From positions 3,534,001 to 3,598,000 of the forward strand of contig SMSO01000025.1 in the NCBI GenBank assembly GCA_004764695.1: 64,000 nt of DNA, given 5' to 3'. Source of the stretch: Schizochytrium sp. TIO01. Lineage: Eukaryota > Protista > Bigyra: Labyrinthulomycetes. The notes below the pieces were generated by a model. That model saw nothing but the letters and a program-made list of their open reading frames with translations, had not been told where the DNA came from and ran no database searches. A program made the position numbers and the translations under genes. Of this stretch, positions 22,613 through 31,818 are shown one piece after another. The number at the start of each line of letters is the position of its first letter. Position 1 is the first letter of the stretch.

Positions 22613-24463
22613 ATGTCTCATCCTCGTCAGGGCGGCGAGAAGCTTGACGACGCAGCTGCCGCAGCTGCTGATATTGGCGATGGTCTTCTGATTGACGGTG
22701 ATGATGATCTTCTTGACTATTTTCTGGGCAACGAAGGCGGAGCTGATGGGATCGACCTAGATCTCAAGGGCCTTCCACCTCTGAGCATGGATGAGGTCAA
22801 CGATGGCATGGCAGGCTTGCTTAGGGAAGGACCAGGTGGCATGCCGGGTGCCTCGGCCTTTGATAGCTCCTACATGGCTCCATATGGCGGCAGCGAACAT
22901 AACATCTCAGATCAATATGGAGCAAGTATGCACCCGCAACATCCTCAGCAGCACCTTTCCCCGGCTTCTCAAGCGCAGCAAAGACATCAACAACCCGCAA
23001 GTTCCTCAGTTGGCTGGTCAAACCCGCAAAGCACATGGAATCCCTCACCACAGCCCCCTCAACCCGCAGGATACGCTGCCGTAGCAGCTCCAATGAGCAC
23101 CGGATCTTCAGCTCCTACCGGGCCTGGTAGTGTCATGGGAGGTATGTCCCCCGCCAACACAATGCCGCCAAACGGAGCTTACAAAGCCAATCAACCTCCT
23201 GGAAGTCGCGGTGCTAACCCTACTTTAATGGGTGCAGTAACAGGCCCTGGAAGTGTAGCCCCAAGGCCCACGGGCCCTAGAAACCCCATCAAAGAAGAAG
23301 GGCGCGGAAACCTCAAAGTCCCAACCGGAGCACGTGGCGCCTCTGCTTCTGCTACAGCATCTGCGACAGCAACTCGCAATCTATCTGGTGCAGCTAGCTC
23401 AAGCTCTTCCAATGTTCCTGGTCCTTCTGTGACGAGTTCTGCGGCAAACCCAAGCCCAGTACCATCTTCAAGTGGCATCGGAGGTGTATCTTCGGACCCC
23501 GGTTCTGATGCCAAACCTGGTTCCACCGAAGAAGAGCAAGAACGGCATCGCCGACGTCTAGAACGCAATCGCGAGTCAGCTCGACTTAGTCGACGACGCA
23601 AGAAAGAAAATCTTGAACTGTTGGAAAACAAAGTGTCGCGTCTCACTGCAGATCTTGATGAACTTCGTCGCAGACATCTTGAGGAGGCGAACGTAGCACT
23701 GCAGGAGCGGAAATTGGGCCTGTTGAGAGATCTTCAAACACGCATGGCCCAGGGTAGCGTTGGAGGCGACGCATTGCGTTCACAGCTATTGAATATCATG
23801 CGCGAGACAGGTCCGTGCTCAAACGAACGGATGGCCATGTTGGAGCATCATTACAAACACTTGTTCAATTTGATCCTGCCTCCATATACGAAATTTCTGC
23901 TTTGGATGATGAATCAAGGAGAAGGTTTTTTCCAAGACAGCAATCAGCCCGGTGGTGTAAAACAGAATCCCATGGATCAGGATGGCGCACCAGGCAGAGG
24001 CCGCAAAGCTGATACACGTGCGTTGTGGTCGCTCATTTGCGCAGAGCTGAGCCTTAGTCAAGAGCAACAAGAAAAGTTGCGTGTCAACTACAAGACACAA
24101 GATAAGGCACAAACTCGGGACGAGCGTGAGCGACTAAGCCTTTGTACAATGTATCTTGAAAAGCTGCGGAGCAACATTGCAACGCGAACCAAGGCCGTAG
24201 AAACGCACACACAAACGCTCTTTAACATTCTTTCTCCTGAACAAGCAGTTAAGTATGTCAACTGGATAGAAAATAATCGCGCAGCTCTTGATGCCTGTGG
24301 TGTAAGCGACTCCATTATTTTTGACCAGTTTCTTCAAGGGGGTGCTCAGAGTGCATCAAGTGTTGTCAATGAACCCCGGTTCGCAATGGCTCGTGAGGTC
24401 CTGCTCAAACCTGATGAAGAAATGACTCTCGAGGACCTCAATCACCTATTGGCTATTCTCTGA
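22613..24463 (+). CDS. bZIP transcription factor
   Basis: 616-aa ORF; basic region RRRLERNRESARLSRRRKK (N-x7-R) followed by leucine heptads LELLENKVSRLTADLDEL (~23545-23670); acidic and Q/P/G/S-rich N-terminus. Confidence 0.92.
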   Translation: MSHPRQGGEKLDDAAAAAADIGDGLLIDGDDDLLDYFLGNEGGADGIDLDLKGLPPLSMDEVNDGMAGLLREGPGGMPGASAFDSSYMAPYGGSEHNISDQYGASMHPQHPQQHLSPASQAQQRHQQPASSSVGWSNPQSTWNPSPQPPQPAGYAAVAAPMSTGSSAPTGPGSVMGGMSPANTMPPNGAYKANQPPGSRGANPTLMGAVTGPGSVAPRPTGPRNPIKEEGRGNLKVPTGARGASASATASATATRNLSGAASSSSSNVPGPSVTSSAANPSPVPSSSGIGGVSSDPGSDAKPGSTEEEQERHRRRLERNRESARLSRRRKKENLELLENKVSRLTADLDELRRRHLEEANVALQERKLGLLRDLQTRMAQGSVGGDALRSQLLNIMRETGPCSNERMAMLEHHYKHLFNLILPPYTKFLLWMMNQGEGFFQDSNQPGGVKQNPMDQDGAPGRGRKADTRALWSLICAELSLSQEQQEKLRVNYKTQDKAQTRDERERLSLCTMYLEKLRSNIATRTKAVETHTQTLFNILSPEQAVKYVNWIENNRAALDACGVSDSIIFDQFLQGGAQSASSVVNEPRFAMAREVLLKPDEEMTLEDLNHLLAIL

Positions 24464-25016
24464 GCCTACATGCCCTAGCCCTGCCATTATCTCTTGTTGC
24501 GGCGGCTGCTACCGCTATCGTTGATTTGCTCCCGTTACCACCCTTGCGATCAACTTTGGCAGCCAATTTCCAGGTAGAATTTTCTCTGCAACAATCTCTA
24601 CTCGCATTTGTGGATACAACAGCTTTCTTCTCATTATCTAAGTCAACAATTTATATGATAACACACTTGACGCTGGTCTTCAAGAACACTCCTCCCATCC
24701 TATATGCGCAACATGAAAGTTTTCACTCTCAATCTTGTTTACAAAAATTCGTTATAAGCGATCCTTGTTCAAAATGAACAGGTATGAAATGGCAAGACTA
24801 AGAATATTCAATTTGTATTTCTATCAATTCAAATAGGTAAATTTAAAACGCTGTGGCATGCAGCCGGCTGATACGGTTATGCTAATACCGCATTTTTTAT
24901 TCATAGAGATGGACTTGCGCAAATTCTTGCCGTATGACTTATCCTTTCGCTTTTTCATATCCACCTAGTTTTTTTACATTCAATTCTATTCGATCCATCG
25001 ACCCCAACATTACAAT

Positions 25017-26375
25017 TTAATTTTCTGTCCAAGAATGGCCACAAGATGGGCAACGAAACCTTTTGCTCTCAGCATCATTTTTCTCCTTATTGCCATATAT
25101 TTCAGCCTTTGTGCTTTCTGGTCGAGAACTTGCAAGAGAAAACATGACAATGCCTTTGGTGTTTTCGCACCTAGGGCACTGGGCATTATCTACAACACGT
25201 TTGCTCGCCAAAGCTTCCTCTGTAGAGACAACGCGGTGCTGCTCAAATACTTCTGCTTGAGAGCGTTTAAGGTTAGCCAAGCTTCTTGGGTCCATCAAAG
25301 CGGAGTGATCCATTCTAACAAATTCAATCGGTGAAAGAGTTTCGTTGACGAGTTTCTGCCGCAACTTTTTATTTTCTGCAACACGCAAATTATATAAGAT
25401 TCCTCGCATCTGGTGCTTGTATTGATTTTGATCACCGTTCACATGCAGATACAGGCAATCCTCAACGTCAAGAGCAACTTTCCCAGCAGCAAATCGCGAT
25501 GTCTCAGTGTCCTGAAGCAAGGCGTTTGCCAGAAGTTCCGCAGCCTTTTTCCGAAATGACTCCGCAGGAATGTGCGGCTGCCCCAAAAGTTCTTCTCCAG
25601 TTGGACGCCAAACGCGGCCTTTCTCTTGTTTGTCCTTAGATCCGTTACTCGCGAGTCGTTGAAAGGAAGACCCGCTCATCTTCTTGGAGTTGTTGTTGTC
25701 CTCCTCATCCGAAATAAGGTATATCTGGGTTCCCCTCTTGGGGCCATTGTTGTCAATAATCTCGTCATCGGTCTCACTATCCTCGATCTCATCATCCGAG
25801 GGGTCATCTTCTCCTGAAGCGCCACGAGCTTGCTTGCGTTTGAGCATTTTCATCTGCCACTCGTATAGCTTATCTGCATCGGTTCCAAATCTAGATGAGG
25901 CTTGCGTTGAACTAGAGGTCTTGTTCACAGAGGTCGATAGCGATGATGGACCTAGCAATGTCGAAAGTGATGACCTTGACTGAGCTTCTGCCTGAACTTC
26001 TTGCAAAAGTTGTTTGTGTAGTGCTCCTGAGGCAACCTTTTCGTGACGTTTGCGCTGCACCTTGACACGTTCCAGCTCACCAAGTAGATCTTGTTTGATT
26101 TCGCTGAGCATTTCGCGTACCACATCCTCCGTGGTCCGCTTCTGACGCTTCAAAATTCGAGTAGAAAGAACCTGCAGACCTACCCCGTCTGCAGAAAGAC
26201 CACCTCGAGAAGATGAAGATGTCGATGAAGCTGCGGCAGTAGCATCGTTCTTGCTGAACGCGTACGGGCTTGCGTAATAGTGGATGAGGCAAAAGGGATG
26301 CGAACGGCCTTGATGAATGCACGAAACACTAGCGTCCGCGCCGCAGCCGCGAGCTTCGCATGTCTGAGATGACAT
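25017..26375 (-). CDS. TFIIS-like protein (central domain II + C-terminal Zn ribbon, N-terminal Cys/His finger), non-canonical
   Basis: TFIIS_M-like FRKKAAELLANAL...YKHQMRGILYNLRVAENKKLRQKLVNETLSPIEFVRM; Zn ribbon CPRC...CPSCGHSW; N-terminal CEARGC...C...FCLIHY. Confidence 0.8.
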   Translation of the reverse strand: MSSQTCEARGCGADASVSCIHQGRSHPFCLIHYYASPYAFSKNDATAAASSTSSSSRGGLSADGVGLQVLSTRILKRQKRTTEDVVREMLSEIKQDLLGELERVKVQRKRHEKVASGALHKQLLQEVQAEAQSRSSLSTLLGPSSLSTSVNKTSSSTQASSRFGTDADKLYEWQMKMLKRKQARGASGEDDPSDDEIEDSETDDEIIDNNGPKRGTQIYLISDEEDNNNSKKMSGSSFQRLASNGSKDKQEKGRVWRPTGEELLGQPHIPAESFRKKAAELLANALLQDTETSRFAAGKVALDVEDCLYLHVNGDQNQYKHQMRGILYNLRVAENKKLRQKLVNETLSPIEFVRMDHSALMDPRSLANLKRSQAEVFEQHRVVSTEEALASKRVVDNAQCPRCENTKGIVMFSLASSRPESTKAEIYGNKEKNDAESKRFRCPSCGHSWTEN

Positions 26376-26888
26376 GGCGGCGTGAAAGTTATTGAGCGTC
26401 TGCCGCGAGTGCTTGGAACCACACCCTTCGGAACGGCGTTCTCATTATTATTCTTTATTTCTTTTCTTTTTTAAGGAGAAATAGGTATCGTTACCAATGC
26501 CTAGGTAGGCATGATGAACTTAACTTTCCTTTTCTTTATGATCCGGAATGTGCCAATACAAGTGCGGAAATGCAGATGCCAGACGGTATTTAGACAACAA
26601 AGATATCAGAGCGATGAGAAATGGCAAAGCTGGTGGTTCAATTGTAATTCTATCATTATATGGAAATAGAGAATTCGAAATTGTTGGAAACTGTTGTGGA
26701 GGCAAGATAAGCTTCAGGGAAAGGAGGAGGACTTATGAACGAAAGATGAAGGCCTGAGATTAAGCAACAAGCAAATGAAAAATTTTATATTTAGAGATTT
26801 GAAGAGAAGGTACTGTAGGCAGTGGGTTCTTTTTTACTGGGTCAATAATATTGAGAAACATGCAGAAATGAAATGGGTCAGGTTGCAA

Positions 26889-27938
26889 TTATTTAGGAAT
26901 GCCACCACCGAGTGCGGGTGGCATGCCAGGTCGCTTGGGTGGTGGGGGAATCCGGGGTGGTGGGCCCTGAGAGAAATCAAACACGCATACATGTTCATCC
27001 CACGATGCAGATGCCAAAGTATTAGGGCGAAACAAGCTAAAGTCTACCCCCATGACGAATTCCGAGTGTTGCTGACAACGCATAATAAGGGCATCCTCGC
27101 GATCCATACGCCAAAGGTTGACAGACATATCGTAGGAGCAACTAGCAATGAGATTGGCATCATGCGGGGAAAACTTCAGCCTGCGAATCGCAAACTCGTG
27201 GCCGGCCATTACGGATAGTGTCTTATGAGGGTTACGAATATCGAAGACACGAATTGTACGATCTACAGAGCCACTGGCAAAGAGAAATTCATTGTATTTG
27301 TTCCAATCGACGGCAAGAACTTCTCCTTCATGAGCGTGAACTGTGGCAATACTGCGCGGTTGATTCATGTCAAAGATTTTAACTGTAGAATCCGCAGAGC
27401 ACGAAATGCACATGTTAGGGTTGCGTGGTGACCACTGGCAGTTATACACGCTGCCAGCATGCTCAGCAAAAGTTCGCAAAGACATGGGTGCGTTTGGGTC
27501 CCAAAGTTTGATAGTTCCATCCCAGCTCGCGGAGACGAATGAAGCCTTGGTAACAAGATTCCAGTCTACTGATGCACACTCCTGAGCATGCTCCTTAAAG
27601 TTCTGAATTGGGAAACCGTCTGAGCTGTTCAGATCCCAGAGTTTGATGGAACCGTCGCCTGAAGCACTGACAAGCTGGTTTTCATTGGCTTCGTTCCACG
27701 AGCAATCATACAGACCATCCTGCGTATCAAAGTGGCGCACAATGCGAGCCTGGCCATCTGGCATAATGCGTGCAATATACTGGCGTCCATTGCCCACAAT
27801 ACCAAAGTATTGCGCAGAAGCTACTGCCAACAAGTTGTCGTGAAAAGGACTGAACTCTACACCGTAGTTATTGAAGCCCTCCGTGCGCAGAAGGCCCACG
27901 GCCCCGCCACCCATACCTCCTCCCGGCATGCCTGGCAT
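26889..27938 (-). CDS. PEX7: Peroxin-7, PTS2 receptor (WD40 beta-propeller)
   Basis: PEX7-specific N-terminal block GFNNYGVEFSPFHDNLLAVASAQYFGIVGNGRQYI, FDTQDGLYDCSWNEANENQLVSASGDGSIKLWD, GHEFAIRRLKFSPH, HSEFVMGVDFS; first ATG at 27938 (the ORF track begins at an upstream GTG). Confidence 0.95.
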   Translation of the reverse strand: MPGMPGGGMGGGAVGLLRTEGFNNYGVEFSPFHDNLLAVASAQYFGIVGNGRQYIARIMPDGQARIVRHFDTQDGLYDCSWNEANENQLVSASGDGSIKLWDLNSSDGFPIQNFKEHAQECASVDWNLVTKASFVSASWDGTIKLWDPNAPMSLRTFAEHAGSVYNCQWSPRNPNMCISCSADSTVKIFDMNQPRSIATVHAHEGEVLAVDWNKYNEFLFASGSVDRTIRVFDIRNPHKTLSVMAGHEFAIRRLKFSPHDANLIASCSYDMSVNLWRMDREDALIMRCQQHSEFVMGVDFSLFRPNTLASASWDEHVCVFDFSQGPPPRIPPPPKRPGMPPALGGGIPK

Positions 27939-28822
27939 ACTGGGGAATGATAAAATCCCCTTGAAACCCACGCTAGACAGTCGTTCCTCGTGAAGCCTAT
28001 AAGCGACACCTGTAGGCAAGGACCGGGGATCCAGTTGTGAACTTCCCTCGCCCACGCCAAGGAAACCTCAATCTCAAAATATAAGCCCTCACAAGATCCT
28101 GATCGACTTTGTCGGCAATCTGTGAATGCTATTTCTTGACTTGGTCTGCTCCAAATTCCGCCTTATCAATGATAAGACAGATAAATGCAAAAATCAAACT
28201 AAGGGTGCGCCTATCTAGGACCCCGCTAGTGCTCAGTAATGGGTATTACAATTCTCTCCATGACTACGAGGGAAGATTAAAAAAAAGGAACGGAAAGGGG
28301 AACAAGAACGCAGAGAGAACGATGCCAAGGGCAAGCGGAACAATAACAATGGATAAGCGGGTACTATGGCTGAAAGTATGATGCAAAAAGAGGGACTGGG
28401 AAAGCCTGGCTTTAGTTTGGGAAAGCATGGCTCTTGGTTGCGAACTATGCCGGTTGTGATATGTACACGCAGAGGAAAGCACATGGAAAAAGAGGTATTT
28501 TGAGATTACCTATGACAGGTTTAGGTGTTGGAGTATTGAAATTGAAACAGCGTGCTTTACTCGACCAACTAATTCTGTAATAAGAGAGTAGATGAAGTAA
28601 TTTTGGCTTGATAAAATCAAATTAAAAAAAGTAGACATGGTTTTGTTTGAAAACATTAGACAAATGGAAAAAAGCATAATTAAGTTGATATTATCAAATG
28701 AATTTGTAGCGCGAGAACTCACTCGTTTGGGCCGCTTTGCTCTAGGTTTTGTTGGAGGCGGGGTGACTCAATTCATAAACTGCAAGGTTAAGCAGACTCC
28801 GCTTCGAGCAGAGGTTGAGACC

Positions 28823-30679
28823 ATGGACGACGCTGCCCAGAAGCGCAAGCGACAGGCAAAGAACCGCCGCCGTGCCGACAAGAAACGTGCAAAGAAGAAT
28901 GCGCTGTATGGACGTGCTCCAGTGGCCAAGGCGCTCGGGACCACCCAAGAAGGGTCTGACTCGGACTCCGTCGCATCGGACCTAAATGAACATGTGGAAA
29001 CTGTGAAAGAAGTAGGTACTGAGAAGAAGGTCGCTGCTGGATCAAAATCAGGAAAATCTGCGTTAAAGGCAGCCTTGATCAAGAAAAAGAAGAATTTGGC
29101 CAATAGCAAGTCTAAATCTACCGCTACTTCACAGCTTGCAGGCGCCAAGGAGGTGCAGGCAATCTGTGATAGCACTCCAGGAGATTTCAGACTTGCAGGA
29201 GAGCGGGCCCTTCAATGGATTATTGGCAGCGGCATGCCTGTGGAGACCTTCATGTCGGAGTACTATGAAACTAAACCTCTCCTGGTACGCCGCAACAAAA
29301 CTGGTCAGAGCAACTACTTTGATGGACTCCTGACACAGAGCGACATTGAGGAAGCCCTCCAAAAAGGCAAACTCAAGCACAACCGCGACTTTAGCCTCAC
29401 AGCGTACCGTAATGGCAAGCGCGAGACCCTCAAGCACGATACCGAGGCTGTGGCCAAGGCCAAAGAAGTTATGGCCCTGTTTGGGGAAACACAAGGTGCC
29501 TCCATTCGTTTGCTTCGCCCCCAAGAGCTTAGTGAGCCCATCTGGAAACTAGTTACCCTCATGGAAGGATTTTTCAACTGCGGTGGTGGCGCAAATTCCT
29601 ATCTGACACCTAAAGGTTCTCAGGGTTTTGCTCCCCATTACGATGATATTGACGCTTTTATCTTGCAGCTCGAGGGAGCTAAGGAGTGGACTGTGTATCA
29701 CCACTACGAGTCCAAGAAGAAGGATGACGATGATGACGAGGAGGAAGAGGACGAGGAGGATGAAGAAGGTGACGAGGAAGATGAGGAAGATGAGGAAGAC
29801 GAAGATGATCCTGATGAGCTCTTCCCTCGCAACCCGCGCTACTCAAGCAAGGATTTCACTGAGGAGCAGGTTAAGAAGCACCTCAAGGTGGCAATCCACA
29901 CCACGCTCGAGCCTGGTGATATGCTTTATGTGCCTCGTGGTATGGTGCACCACGCCAAATCCAAGCTTCGGGACCACTCCCTGCACGTGACTCTTTCTGT
30001 GGGCCAGCTTAATACTTGGGCTGATTTTATTCGTGAGGCCTTACCCCAGGCCATTCAAAAATCCTGCCTGAATGATACTACCAGTGAATGTGAGCCCCTT
30101 CGCCGCAACCTTCCCCGAGAGCTCAACGAGTACATGGGTGTAATTAACTCTGACGACCACACTGATCCGCGTCGTCGGCAGTTTGTTGCTGAGATGCTCC
30201 GTCTCATTAGCGAACACGTATTACAAAATATTGATTTTGACCTCATTGCTGATCAGATGGGTGTCCAGTTCCAGCATAATCGCCACCGCCCAATTGGCGT
30301 GCTGCCTCTTCCCCAAGCTGCAAGCCTCGAAACTGACAAGGACGGTGCTCCCGTGGAAGTTTCGGATGAGGAAATCGATAGTATTGACGCTAACACACAG
30401 GTTGTGCTTGTTGCCAAGGGAGTTGCAACTTTGACCGTGGAGGGAGATAAGGCCCTATTTTATCATTCGTGCAGGAACACGCGTACATACCACGAAACAG
30501 ACACCCGCGGACTTGAGTTCGGTGTTGAAGATGCAGAGACCTTGGAATGGATCTTGCGTTCTGACCCCACGACACCATTTACCATTGGTAAGCTACCTAA
30601 ACATCCTTTTGATAAGGAGGATACTCTTCGCATTGTACGCTTCCTCGTCAGCGAAAATGTTCTTTCTCTTTGCGACTAA
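28823..30679 (+). CDS. RIOX1: JmjC ribosomal oxygenase NO66/RIOX1-like (2-oxoglutarate-dependent His hydroxylase/demethylase)
   Basis: NSYLTPKGSQGFAPHYDDIDAFILQLEGAKEW (HxD), LEPGDMLYVPRGMVHHAKS (distal His), SLHVTLS; K/R-rich nuclear/nucleolar N-terminus; probable start MDDAAQKRKR at 28823 (ORF open from 28637). Confidence 0.9.
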   Translation: MDDAAQKRKRQAKNRRRADKKRAKKNALYGRAPVAKALGTTQEGSDSDSVASDLNEHVETVKEVGTEKKVAAGSKSGKSALKAALIKKKKNLANSKSKSTATSQLAGAKEVQAICDSTPGDFRLAGERALQWIIGSGMPVETFMSEYYETKPLLVRRNKTGQSNYFDGLLTQSDIEEALQKGKLKHNRDFSLTAYRNGKRETLKHDTEAVAKAKEVMALFGETQGASIRLLRPQELSEPIWKLVTLMEGFFNCGGGANSYLTPKGSQGFAPHYDDIDAFILQLEGAKEWTVYHHYESKKKDDDDDEEEEDEEDEEGDEEDEEDEEDEDDPDELFPRNPRYSSKDFTEEQVKKHLKVAIHTTLEPGDMLYVPRGMVHHAKSKLRDHSLHVTLSVGQLNTWADFIREALPQAIQKSCLNDTTSECEPLRRNLPRELNEYMGVINSDDHTDPRRRQFVAEMLRLISEHVLQNIDFDLIADQMGVQFQHNRHRPIGVLPLPQAASLETDKDGAPVEVSDEEIDSIDANTQVVLVAKGVATLTVEGDKALFYHSCRNTRTYHETDTRGLEFGVEDAETLEWILRSDPTTPFTIGKLPKHPFDKEDTLRIVRFLVSENVLSLCD

Positions 30680-31168
30680 ACTTCTGCTTTGAATTTCTAT
30701 CATCATCGGAAACACTATACAAGGTATAGAGGCGATTTCCCAAACAAAGCAAGATTGAGCCTGCTTCAATAACGCAATTGACAAACTAGTAAAACCGTAT
30801 AAGAGCTATATGAAATTTAATGAACCTAATTTTCACAAGTTTGCTCATTGAATGGGCTTAACTTCAGGAAACTAACCTTCAAAGAAGTTATACATAAATC
30901 CCTAATGCATTGGCACTTGATATTCTAATTGGAAGAGGAAAGATAGTTCGTCTCCCCATCTTCTATTTTCAATGTATGATCAAAGAACTTTTGATTCCTA
31001 AGTTTAGGGAGGGTGTCCTCGGTATGTTTTGAAGACAGCTTGTCAATTTAATTTTTAATTTTTAAAAAATAAATTGTGCTGAGATAAAATAATGATATGA
31101 AGACGAAAAGGTTGATCAATGAGCAAACTCGTAACTTCACATCCGATTGTGCCTCGTGCCAGGATATC

Positions 31169-31818
31169 ATGCCGGTTATCATCAATGGAGAGATCGTCCC
31201 TGACAGTGGTACGTGAGAACCCTCTCTGAGCTAAGATAGAGAGAAAAAAAAAAATCTCCTCAGACTAAGCCAATTCTAAGTGCATCGGGGTCAACATGAA
31301 GATATGGGCACCGCAGGCTAACTCCGTGCTCAACTTTTGACGTAATACGACATCGTGCAATGTACTGCGAAGACCCGAGGGCGCAATCTATGCGTCGATC
31401 GGGTCAGCCTAGTCCGGGTGGTGCTCCTCGGGGGGGCTCGGGACCAGTTAGCGCTTCGAGTCTTTTTAATAATGGCAACGGAATTGGTACGGCACCAAGC
31501 GGCGCTGCAGGAGCATCCGGAGTGCCCAATCTCAACATTCCCGATGGACCTGATGGTATTTTCACGCCACTGAGTAGAGCTATTGGTATCGAAGGTAGGC
31601 AAGTGGTGATCCCGAGCGTCCTTGGCTTTCCTGAGCAACGTTTTCCACAAATTGTGGGTCTCGTTGCCGTTGTGCTCAGCGTTGTCCTCAGCTGGCGCAT
31701 TGGTATTGGTTTTTTTGCATTGTACCTCATTTACAAGGCAAACCAAGCCCAACAACAGCAACAGCAGCAGCAACAACAAGGCCAACCGCCTGCACAGGGC
31801 CCGGGTCCACGTCGCTAA
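31169..31818 (+). CDS. FAM241/DUF4605-like small membrane protein, two exons (31169-31208, 31373-31818), C-terminal poly-Q
   Basis: Splicing gives MPVIINGEIVPDS/DPRAQSMRR..., resembling the FAM241 N-terminal NGEIVxDxDPR motif; C-terminal TM pair IVGLVAVVLSVVLSWRIGIGFFALYLIY; Q-tract ~31750-31780. Confidence 0.8.
31209..31372 (+). other. Spliceosomal intron (164 nt, phase 1)
   Basis: Donor G|GTACGT at 31209, branch-point-like GCTAAC at 31317-31322, acceptor AAG| ending 31372; joining restores the frame (G+AC = Asp). Confidence 0.75.

Noticed and set aside
28637-28822. Upstream in-frame extension of the NO66-like ORF
   Set aside because: AT-rich, promoter/UTR-like sequence; composition shifts at ACCATGG (28823), which is the more plausible start
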